Origin: Felis catus
Lineage: Eukaryota
DNA length: 64,000 bases
Direction of reading: 5' to 3'
NCBI RefSeq assembly: GCF_018350175.1
Contig: NC_058370.1
Coordinates: 51,274,001 to 51,338,000, forward strand
Positions 1-10,650 of this stretch are shown piece after piece; within the stretch, counting starts at the first letter, position 1, and each line of letters starts with the position of its first letter. The notes below the pieces were generated by a model. It searched no databases, had not been told where the DNA came from, and saw only the letters and a list, made by a program, of their open reading frames with translations. The position numbers and the translations under genes were made by a program.

Positions 1-509
1 ACAAGCTTAAGGGACAAGCGGGAGGGCTGATCAGGGAAGGCTGCAAGAGTTTCCCACTCCTCACTGCATCCAGATGATGACTGGGGAGTGGGGGCAGGGA
101 AAGGGCAGCAGGGTATGCTCTGGCAAGTGGCTGTGGCTGGCTAGGGCAGGGGGTAGGTACCTAGGAGATCAGGGGCAGGTGGCAAAGTTCTGAACCTCCT
201 CATGGCCCTCCTACCAAGAAACAATGTACCTTTGTGCCTGAGCCTTGATGGAAAGTGGAAGACCCAGGAGGATGCCAACCTCAGTGATCCTTGGTGACCA
301 TTCTTGCCTCCTTTCCTCGTTTCCTTCCAGAAGCAAAGCCACCCTTCTTCTTCTGATCTGCCATGGCCCTTCCTTTGTGCTCATCTATGGAGCTTCCTAC
401 TTTCTACCTTCCATGGCATGGATCTATGTTCTTGTCTCCTGATGGCTGTGTGGGTCCTAGAGGCTGGGGTCTATGAGGAAACCCTTTTTATATCTGCCAC
501 AGGCTGCTG

Positions 510-538
510 TTTTTGTTGCTCTTATTTGTTTGCTTATT

Positions 539-585
<47 letters not shown>

Positions 586-695
586 CTTAAGCAGGCTACA
601 TTCTCAGTACAGAGCCCAACACAGGGCTCCATCCCACAGCCCTGGCTGAGATCATGACCTCAGCCAAAATCAAGAGGTGGTCACCCAGGTGCCCC
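510..695 (-). mobile_element. Can-SINE (older feliform subfamily), internally deleted, with target-site duplication
   Basis: Minus strand begins ggggcacctgggtg, contains aggtcatgatctc, a (CT)n tract (plus-strand GA repeat 542-582) and an A-rich tail. It is flanked by ccacaggctgctg at 497-509 and 695-707. Confidence 0.88.
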
Positions 696-1413
696 CACAG
701 GCTGCTGCTTTAACAAAAGCTCACCAAACTTGAGAGGCTGGATGGAGGGAACCAGTAGCTCACCTGCATTTCTGGGCCAGCACATGCCCACCCAGAGCCC
801 CTGGGTGCTTACCAGGTGCCAAGGTGACACCAGAGACCTTCCCTGATGTGTCCCTCCCTCATCCACCAGCAGATGGTCCAAGGCACAGAAAGAAACTGTG
901 GATATGGAAGCTTCTGTCTTGTCATAGCAGCAAAAGAAACATGGTTGGCACTTGATACCACAGATGAAGAGCCTGGAAGCTGATGAAAACAGCCAGGCCA
1001 CAGTTCTCTGTCCCTACCTTGAAGGCACAGCTGGTAAGTCAGGGACACACAGCAATTCCCAGATTTGCAAAAGAAAGCACTCCTTGCACAAGGTCCTCAG
1101 GATGGGATTTTTTATTTCATCCCATCTTCACTTGGTACTGTTTTTTTTCTTGGCTCCTTCTAAAAGCATGGAGTTAAATCTGTAACTTTCTGAAAATGCT
1201 AACAATAAGCATGAGCGCTCTGCCCTGCAGGTGAGTGACAGAGCCTGGGGGCTGCAAGGCCATTAGCACAGAGCCACCATCACTTCCATCAGTGCTGCCC
1301 CCTGAGCTTCTTCCCCGTCAGAGCTGTGTCCCGTGGTAGAGATAAGATCCAGCCTGTAAGAGCAGCTTTGCGGAGAACCCCTGGTGCGTGCCCCTCTGAT
1401 GGCAGGTGGTAGC

Positions 1414-1433
1414 GGGGGGGGGGGGGGGGGGGG
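1414..1433 (+). repeat. G20 homopolymer
   Basis: 20 consecutive G. Confidence 0.95.
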
Positions 1434-2070
1434 CGGATCTTAAAGATGCCCTGGAAGCTTCCAAGTGGAGTTCTCCTAATTACTTCTCAGATGCAGGAAG
1501 ACACTCGAGGGGTGTTCCCTTTTGATGTTTTCCCTGAATGTCAAATACATCCCCTTCCATTGATTTCGAAGGGCATTTTCCTAATCTCAAGGGTTTCTGT
1601 TTGCTTATGGGAAGTTGATTTGTAAGCCATCGGGCTCTGACACCACACATGGGGTCTGATGAAGGAATCTATTCTTGGCTCAATGGGGTTAGCCTGAGTG
1701 TGACGCTGGCCCCTTCACAGAGAGCGCCCAGAACTGGAGAGCCCTTCCCAAACGTGGAGTGCTCCATCCCACAGAACCAGTGTGCACCACACGGACAGTC
1801 CAACAACCACCAGCATCAAAACGTGGCCTGCGGGCTTTATAAGTGTCAGCCCCTCCTGTTGTCCAGTTCTGCCTCTTCAAGCCTCCCAGCCCCTGTGGTA
1901 AGCAGTTAAACACTCACAAACAGATACACTGCTGGGCTCAGTGGTGTCATGGGGCTGTTCACCTCTCCACCCCACAGGTACCCACTGGACTCCACCTCCC
2001 CATCCTCTGCAAGTAGAGCAGGGCCGCTGCGAATTTCCCTCCCCTGCCACAGTGATGAGACACTCTAGAC

Positions 2071-2237
2071 CATAGGTCAGCAAACGTGTTCTGTACTGGG
2101 CCAGAAAAAGTCATATAATCTCTGTTACAGCAACACAGCTCCTCTGTGTGGCTTGAAACCAGCTACAGATGATGTGTGATTGAGCAGGGGGCGCCATGTT
2201 CTACAGAAAACTTTATTTACCAGTTTTGGCCTGTGGG
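2071..2237 (+). mobile_element. MER58-like hAT-Charlie non-autonomous DNA transposon remnant
   Basis: Starts cataggtcagcaaac...gggccaga and has aaaactttatttac...tttggcctgtggg; it resembles the copy at 55597. Confidence 0.65.
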
Positions 2238-3359
2238 TGTCTGCTGGTGTCCCGGGAAGAGAAGAGAGCGCCATGGGTCAGCTAGACACGCAGAGTGGGT
2301 GGGAAGTAAGCCTCCGAGGGTTTGGGGCTGCTTGTTACCGTAGCATGACCTGGTTCACACTGGCTGATACCGGGCCACTCCAGAGCTATGTGAGCCCTTG
2401 GAGGTCCCTCAGGCAGTCTGGTGGTGACTTTACTCACTTACTTGGATTCCTGTTTGGTTTATGAGGGAATAGTTCTAAAATGTGACTAATCACCTCCTAA
2501 TGTGATCCAATGATCTCTATGAGCAAATAATTGGATTTTAAAAATTGGAGTTGGCCTGAATAGCTTCCTTTCTGTCCTCTCCTCTGATAACCCTCCCTCT
2601 CCCAGCAGAAAGGAGACACATGAGTGCTGCTTCATTATTCACGAGGAACTGAGCTGACCCTCTGACCTCTCCAAATGGCAGGGAGAAATAATTCATAAAG
2701 GGTGCAAATGTGAGCAGGGCAGGCCATCTGAGGCTCAGCCGACCACGTACCCCTGGGAGTCCCTCAGCTGGTCACCTTGCAGCTGTACCTCTCTGCAGCT
2801 GACATGGATCGTGAGCCTTCAGGGAGCTGGTAGCAGTGGTGGGGAGGGGGGCACATGGCATTTCTGGCATTACATTAAGTGTGAAAGATCGCTCAGTATA
2901 CAGTGCAGCTGGCACAGGCCCTATGCCCACCCAAGGAAAAACCATATGGGTATGAACTCTGCTACAGGCCAGGTACCACGATACAGAAGTGAATGACAAC
3001 CAGTCCCCACCCTAAAAGACTTGAAGCTAAGGGGAGCAGCCATATACACAAATGAAGGCCACAACTTCCATGATAAATGTATGCAAAAGTCCTGCAGGCA
3101 CAGAGGAAATGATTGGGGGAAGGTGTCCTGGAGCCACGGGAAGCTATGGAGGGGAAGTGACTGTTTCAGATGGCTACAAAGGGTGAGCAGGAATTTCCCA
3201 TCCAGGGCTGTGTCTGGGTGTTGTGTTGGGGGCAGGATGAGAGGGGAAGAGGGTGAGCAGGAAGCAGACAGGACGGGCATAGGTATCAGTCTTGGTGGGG
3301 GGTGAGCCTGAGCTTGCCAGTGTGTGGTGCACAGGCTGCAGGTCTGGGCAGCCAGCATG

Positions 3360-4300
3360 GGAGTGGACAGTTAACTGAGCAGGGGAGGCTGGAAAGACAA
3401 TCTGGGGCTAAGTCTGAATGGCTCTGCAGGCCAAGCTAAGAACTTGGAGTTTATCCTAAGGCAATGCACAGTCTCCAGAAGCATTTGTGGAAAGATCAGC
3501 CCAATTACATATGGATTCCAGAGGGAATCCCAGAAGCAGGGAGTTAGGAATCAGTTGATGCCAAGTTGGTGAGGGCTCAGAGAAGCCTGAACCAAGGCAG
3601 AGTGGGTGCCATGGAGAGAAGGACCCCAGTGGTGGGGCTGGGACTGCTGGGCTTGCCCGACATCCACGTGCTTCTCCACATGTCCCAGCCTCTTGAAGTT
3701 AATCTGGGGCTGAGTGTCCAGTTCTAGTGAATGAACTGAGAGGGGAGGTGATGAGTATTATCTCCAGGCTGAGGCAGTTAAGTGCACAAGGGCTTCCTCT
3801 CTAGGCCCCTCTTCCTGCTGGAGGCCATGTGCTGTAGAAGACACAGCTACAAGAGGAAGCAGGCTGGACACCATGAGCATGCCATTCAGGAGGGCCGCCT
3901 GACCCACTGCACAAATGCATGATAAATGCTCCCTGGGTTAAACCACACCAGCATCAGGAATTGTTTGTAACAGTGGATGGTCTACTTCATCCTGACTAAT
4001 GGCATGAGAGAAATACTTCAGAATTGGAGCTGACACCTCCTTGGATGGCAGAGGTGACAGGGAGAGCAGAGTTTGGAGGACACAGGGTCTTAGCTTCAGG
4101 AATTTGGAGAAGAGAACAAAGAGAAGGAAATAGGTGTGAGGACAGAAGAGAATAGTTATTCTCTCCTGACATGGATTGATATGGAGTACCTCTCCAGGGG
4201 AAGCTGGCAGGTAGCAGGAGGAAAGAATCTATAGTTGAATAAGGTCTGGGGAGGCAGAGTTTAAACAGTTTGGGGGTTAGCTGTTGGCTGGATGAGAACC
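3360..4300 (-). mobile_element. L2 fragment interrupted by an MLT1 LTR
   Basis: L2-like motifs (ggccaagctaagaacttggagtttatcct; gcctgaaccaaggcag) on the left; L2-like sequence resumes after about 4005. Confidence 0.5.
3627..4001 (+). mobile_element. MLT1-type (ERVL-MaLR) solo LTR
   Basis: tcccagcctcttgaagtta..., ggaggccatgtgctgtagaag and terminal ttgtttgtaacag...cctgactaat are typical of old MLT1 LTRs. Confidence 0.6.
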
Positions 4301-5446
4301 CCCGGGTATGTGTGTGGGACAGGAAGAAAAGGCCAGGGGAGCACTGATGTTCACATGGGAGTTGGAGGAAGAGGGTCCAAGGGTGAGCAAAGTGCTCAGA
4401 ATTTCAAGAAGGGTCCCAGAAGCAAAGTGAAGAGAGGCTCAGGAGGGGAGTATTGCCCACAGTGTCCGAAGCTGCTGGATGCCAGCTGGGGATGTGGCAC
4501 AGGGACATAGGACCTGCTGGTGGTCTTGCAGGCCACAGGCTGGGTGTGGGCAGCAGGGGTGGAGGTAGAGGTCAGACTGCAGAGCTGAGTGCATCCACTG
4601 TGAGATGGAAGAAGTGTGTTCCCAGAGGAGGGAAGAATGAGAGGCATTTAGAGGAGATAGCCATGCTCCTTCCCTTAATGGTTTCAACGTACTGATTCTA
4701 TAGGTCAGTTGGGGAATCTGAAGCCTAGCATCCTTGTTATTTAGGCCATTCTTTTGTTTTGGGTCTGAAGGAAGCATTTATATCAGGTGGCCATCCATCC
4801 CTATGCAAGATCCTATGATAATTTTTTGCTAGACATAAGCCTGCATTTCCTGAACTGGAGCTAACCACAGTGGTCTTAGACAATTGAAGGCAGGAAGAAA
4901 TAAATGCATTACTTGTAATGATAATAACGACAAATAAGAGTCAACAAGGCCGCCAACAGTCACTGAGAGAAGACCAGCAGGAAGGAGAAGGGCCGACCCT
5001 CTTCTACCTTACCTGCTGCGGCCATAGCCTGGCTCTGCACCTCCAGGAGGGGGAGGGCCGGGTACAGGCAGTCACCTGGACACTATCCTTCCAGTCCCTG
5101 CTTGCTGTGCCTCGTCCCTGTGCCCCAGCTCTCCAGAACTAACCTCTGGGGCCGAGTCTAGAGCCTCAGGATTCCCACATGGTTCACAGAAACCTCACGA
5201 GAAGGCTGCTGTCTGACAGCACACTTCACGGTGAGAAAGGTGCACAAATTCCAGAACCTCCCACGTTCCAACCCTCCTATCAAGTTCCAGACTGGGGGAG
5301 GATGTGGAATTGGTGCCTTTCAACTTGGGCCAGAGTCAAAACATTCTTCCTGTTCTACTTGAGGACTCCCTCCTCTGACCTGACCTGACCCTACATAACC
5401 ACTAGGTTTCTCTTTTTCTTCTCATCATGGCCTTTTCTGCCTTTAC

Positions 5447-5655
5447 AGGGTCAGCATCAAAATAACCTCAGCCACAAGTCTCTTTTTGTAAAGGGCCAGA
5501 GAGTCCACACTTCAGGCTCTGGGCTATTTGTTCCTCTCCTTTTCCTGTCCATCCTCTTCATTTCCTTTTTGAAAACAATCCTTAAAAACATGCAGATTAT
5601 TCTTAGCGCCAGAGCCATACAGAAGCAGCCCTACCAGGCACAGTTTGCCAGCCTC
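5447..5655 (+). mobile_element. MER58-family DNA transposon remnant
   Basis: cagggtcagca start, tgtaaagggccaga, ttcttagc and terminal agtttgccagcct. Confidence 0.55.
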
Positions 5656-8004
5656 GGGCCCAGTACAGCATCCTGCAGAGCTTTAAAGATCTCCAGGGGC
5701 AACATGACACCTTTTTTGGCCTTCCCTCCACCAGCATAGGAGTATGCATCCCCTGTCTGTTGCTGTGACAGCACACTGGGCCCTCGTCTTGGCTTTGAGA
5801 AGGGAAGAAAGTTCCTCAAACTCCAGGGAAACACTGCCTCTCTGGGTGGGGCATCTGAATGAGGCCCTTGAGCAGACCTGAGCCCACCTGGCCTGGGGGC
5901 CTAGTGTGGCTCCCAGGCCCCAGTGACTTACATAGCATCCCTGCACAGTGACTGTTACACAGTATCCCTGTACATAGACCTGGCCAACCCTCCCTCTCTG
6001 ACTCAGGGGTGGGTCCCGGATTGGAAGGTTTTAAAAGCCTCCTCAGGTGGCATGGCACACACCAAATAGGAATCCAGGCAACCAGGGTCCATAGCTCTGT
6101 CCCATAGCAAAGCCTCACAGCCTCCTTTATGTCTTCTCCACTGTCCCCCTCAGGAGCAGGGACCTGGCCTTCCCTGCTGATGGGCCTCTGGTACTGCACA
6201 CAGGTCCTGCACAGAGACGACCATACCACATTTTCTGTAGAAAGCCTCCAGACACCACCCTCTGCAGCTCAGTGAAGGGAAATATTGTGGGGTGACCAGC
6301 TATCCTTCTGTGCCTGGATGGTCCTGGTTTTAGCACTTAAGTCCTGTGTCCTGGGAATCCTGCAGCACCATGTGCAATGGGACGCTGGTCACCCTGTATA
6401 GACTTAGGGTCCAGGTCTAGGCATGGCCTGTGACACATCCTGGAGTGTGAGAAAAGGGCTGTTGCTGGTGTCTGAGGTCCTGGTTCTTCTCGCTGCACGC
6501 AGTGGGCCAGGAAGCTCTCAAGTCCCCAGACCCAGGCCACACCCCAGACCAGCCACCTCAATGCTGTGGGGCCAGGGCTGTGCTGGGGGCACGTTCAGAC
6601 CTCTGGGTGACAGTGACTGGAACATATTTCACCAGATTCTGGGAGGGATGCTTGGTTTCTCTGGTGGGTTCACGACACAAGGGACCACACCCTGCCTGGT
6701 CTGGTTGTCACTGGGGACAGACCACTGAGCGGCTGACAGTCGGGGGGACATAGGCTCATGGGGATGCTAATCAAGCCCAGACTTCCTAGAAAGGAGGTTT
6801 GGCTGCAGGCAGTCTTGGCGTCACCCACCCTTTCATCTACCTGTGGCCTCCCAGCACCTCCAGGGTCCAGCAAAGTACACAGCACAGGGAGAATTTCAGA
6901 GCAGAGCAATGGCCAGAATACATGAGGCCGGGAGCCCTGGGAGCCCTATCTGATGTCTTGGGGCTGGTGATCCATTCCACGATTCTCTGAGAAGCAGGGA
7001 GAACCACCACAGCCAATAACATGCCCACTGAGAAAAGGCAATCTGGTGCTCTCATTTTACCCTCTCAACACCTGCACCATTGCTCCATTTAATACACGAG
7101 AAAACTGAGGCTCTGGGAGAAGAGATGGGACAGCTTTTCTAGGGTCAAGAGGACAGTGTTGAACCTGGCTCTCTCTAGTGGCAGCTCTCTAGGCTCAGAG
7201 AGGTTCAGCAACTCTCCTAGGTGCACAGCTAGTGAGCAGGGCCCCTGGTCCTCCCCCTGAAATGTCACCCTAGACTGCATGACACCAGGTCCCAGGCTGA
7301 AAGAGAAAGGGGAGGAGAGAGGTGGACAGCCTTTATAGAGCACCAGCCGCTCTCAGCAGGGACTGCCTGGCATTTTCCCTCTTCATCTCCTTGGGCCTGA
7401 GGTCAGCCCCATACATTTACAGAAGGGAAAGCTGAGGGGTTACGTGATGTCCATGTCCTAGACTCATGTCCATGCCAGTCCCGATGGGAGCTGGGGTGCA
7501 GTGAGGGCTGTCAGAGGAGCACAGCACTGAGATATTACTTATGCCCTCTGGGCCTCAGTTTCCGCACATGTGACTGAAAATAATTCAATCTCACTGGCTC
7601 TCCTGATGGTGGCATGTGCCATGAAGCCCAGTCAAGGGAGGTGAGATCAGTACAGAGGAGGAGGTAAGGATGGAACAGGGCTGCCAGGGGGTGTGGAAGT
7701 GAGCCCCAGACCACACACACCCCGGACATCACTCCACGGACAGCCATGCACCTTGTACTCTGCTGGGACCCCATAGCTTCAGGCTTAATGGTGCTCACCA
7801 CATTCCGTCTCAAAAGCAGGGAAACAGCTACCATATTTTAGAGCCATTTCTATAGAAACCACAGCCCCCACACTTCCGTTCCACTTTAAAAAGGAACACA
7901 AAAGGGAGAGAAAAGAGTCAGTGATGTTGGCAAGCCCCAACTCAGCTACTGAGGTGCTCCCTTGTCCATGTATCTCACCTCTTCAGAGCATATCACCCAC
8001 ACTG

Positions 8005-8005
<1 letters not shown>

Positions 8006-8050
<45 letters not shown>
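8006..8050 (+). repeat. (TG)n microsatellite, about 22 units
   Basis: Perfect dinucleotide run. Confidence 0.97.
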
Positions 8051-8054
<4 letters not shown>

Positions 8055-10296
8055 ATTTGGTTCATTTTCCTCCACAGGTTTAGAATCAAGTCAATTATAC
8101 AAAGAGCAGAGCAGTCATCTCACATTGGGTGGCCCCTTCTCATCTGAGTTACTTCTACACAAGGTAGCATGTCACCTTGGGAGCCTGTCTTGCAGACGCA
8201 CTCAGCTGGAGCTGCTGACCCAAGGCCACACATGCCAGCCTGCCTGGAAGCAGGGACATAGGTCCAGCCGCCCCTTGTCCATCCAGTTGGCTGCTCTTCC
8301 AGGACACACAGGCTTGATGCTACAAACTTTCTATACAACACTGTGCCGTGTTCAACCAGGGTTTAATAATTGCTGTTTGACAACAGCTACTCTTGTTCTC
8401 CAGAAGAAAATTCTCTGGGACCCATGACCTAAAGTCATAAAACCTCTGCTCTTGCAGCCCAAGAAGCCCTGGGTGTGCAGGTGAGGGGTGCATACATGTG
8501 GGCAGAACTGGCCTGGGTTCTTGATGACCAGCCTTTGTTCTACTCACAGGGGCTAAGAGTTCATCTTGTCAGTAAAGACAGTCTATGCCACAACCTGGAT
8601 GGCATATTGAGTCTGGAGGGGCCTGAGGGGTCTGGGACCTGACTGGACGCCTGCTGGGGCCAGCACTGCTCTAGGTCCCTGGGCACCAAGGAGTCCAGGT
8701 GCTCCTGCTCTGCCATCCTGGAGCCCATCCCCTTATGCCAGCCTGGCACGTGGAGGCCTCTGTTTGTGGATGGAGACATACCCGCAATGATGCTGGATTT
8801 CTCCAGGTGCATGATCACAAAGCTCAAGTCTGCTCCCCAAGCACAGAACTCTGGGACTGGGTCCACCTCCTAGAGTGTGCCTGGCATGGTGGGGAGGAGG
8901 TGCCATGTGGAGCTGTGGCCATCTGCAGGATCTGCGCCTAGCACACTACAGCAGCCTGAGTGGTCCTCAGGTGGACCAGGGATGGCTGTCCTGGTGTGAC
9001 CCATGAGGCCAGCAAAGCCATACCGAGCCTGGAAGGCAGCAGGGTAGGTGGCAGAGTGGGGGTTGGTCTCTGGGTGCAGCTGACCGAGGACAGCAGGCTG
9101 GTGCCTGCAAGTCACAGTATGTGGTGGCTCACCCTTAACCCATAGCTGCTCAGTGCTACCCCTTATGTGGGATGGGAGTTAAGTTAATTTGGGATGGGAG
9201 ATAGGTGGAAACTGCTTTGCTTGACCTCTCACCCTTTCCAACGATCTTTATGAAGGTCTAGAGCCTGCCCACGACTTTTACTTCAAGTGTAACTGTTGGA
9301 AAATGAGACCCAGGGTCCCAGCCCTCTCTATCAATAAGTGAATTCGGCACCTAAGTCCTTGTGGAACAATGCCAAACACAAATTCTAAAAAATCTGTTCC
9401 CTTCCTGCCCTGGGACCTGTCTATAGTAGACTGCAGAGTCCGGGAACTTTCCCTCTGCTCCTGTTAACTGACAAGCTGTGAACAGGAGGGCTGAGAGCAG
9501 GTAAGGATAAAGGAAAGGTAGAGAGAACACCAAACCCTGCACTCAGGCATGCAGAGCCCATGTTGTGGGGCAGGAGGAAAGTGCCAGAGAGCTCTGCTGA
9601 CATCCATTCAGAACCTCCAGGGAACACTGGGGAAGCCTGAGCCTTGGACTTATTGCCCATGAATTACAGGACATAGAGACCAGGATGTATGTAGAGACTA
9701 GTATGTAGGGTATGAGACAAGCACTGGCCTGATGGATTGAGAGTAAGTCCCTCCCCTTGCCTTTATCTTACTAGTGTAATGAGACCAGGGACAAATCTAG
9801 AAATAGAAGGTATCTGTAAAAGTAAGAAGAATGTAACCAAATAATATAGTTAATTCTGATTCTGAGGTCTGTTGAAAGGGAACAAGGTTAGCAAGTGTTA
9901 GAGATGCCAAAAAGATACTAGCACTGAAAATAAACTAAAACCAGACCTACTGCAAGACACAATCAGATGGCACTGAATGCACACTGACAAAGGATAACTT
10001 TGAGTAATGCGCCAATGTTAATCAAAGGCCATGTCACGGGCCATTGAGAAGCACCTCACACACCTTCTAGATCATCTTCCAGACACTGAGTACCATTCAT
10101 ATGTTTACCAAAGCTTAGGAGGTCCCTGAGGCCAGGCGGGAAGAAGGAAGCCATGATGACCCCAAAGGGCACTGCTGCCACTGTCTTCCTCATGCTGGTT
10201 TGGGGATGGGATACGGAGCATACAGCTGACGATGAAGTCATCAGACCTCAGGGCTAGACACCTGGCACCTCCCTGTCCATGCACCGAGGACGTTAC

Positions 10297-10650
10297 CTGG
10301 GCAGGAGCACTGCAGGACAGATGAGCCAGGTCACCAATCCTGGCTGCAGCCCGGGGATCGCTGGAGCTGATCAAGACCGGAGCACTAATTTCCATGGAGT
10401 GCCTGTGGCTGGTGGCCTGGGAGGACTTGTGTGTCACACTGAGCGCAGTGAAGGAGTGGCGCTTCTTGGCATTCTTCTTGCTGTCCACACGCCGCTGAAA
10501 GGCACTGACTGCCCCAGTGCTGCTTAACGTGGGTCCTGGGGCCACACTGGCTGCCGCGCCAGGGTCAGAGGGCAAGGAGGCATGGCAGCCAGATGCAGCA
10601 GCTGGGCACGGCTTGTCCATCTCAATGAGCTGCTTGGCTGAGTCATTGAG
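10297..10650 (-). CDS. SH3RF3: SH3RF3 coding exon (probably exon 4): linker with Rac-binding region
   Basis: Acceptor tctttctcacctAG|CTC, donor CAG|GTAACG; 354 nt, phase 0-0. Translation LNDSAKQLIEMDKPCPAAAS...KKNAKKRHSFTAL...RHSMEISAPVLISSSDP...SCSAPAQ. Confidence 0.95.

Noticed and set aside
7921-8427. 168-aa ORF with CVCVCV repeat
   Set aside because: Translation of a (TG)n microsatellite and flanking intron.
10105-10296. C-terminal extension of ORF 10105..10620
   Set aside because: It lies beyond the CAG|GTAACG donor and similarity to SH3RF3 ends at the splice site.
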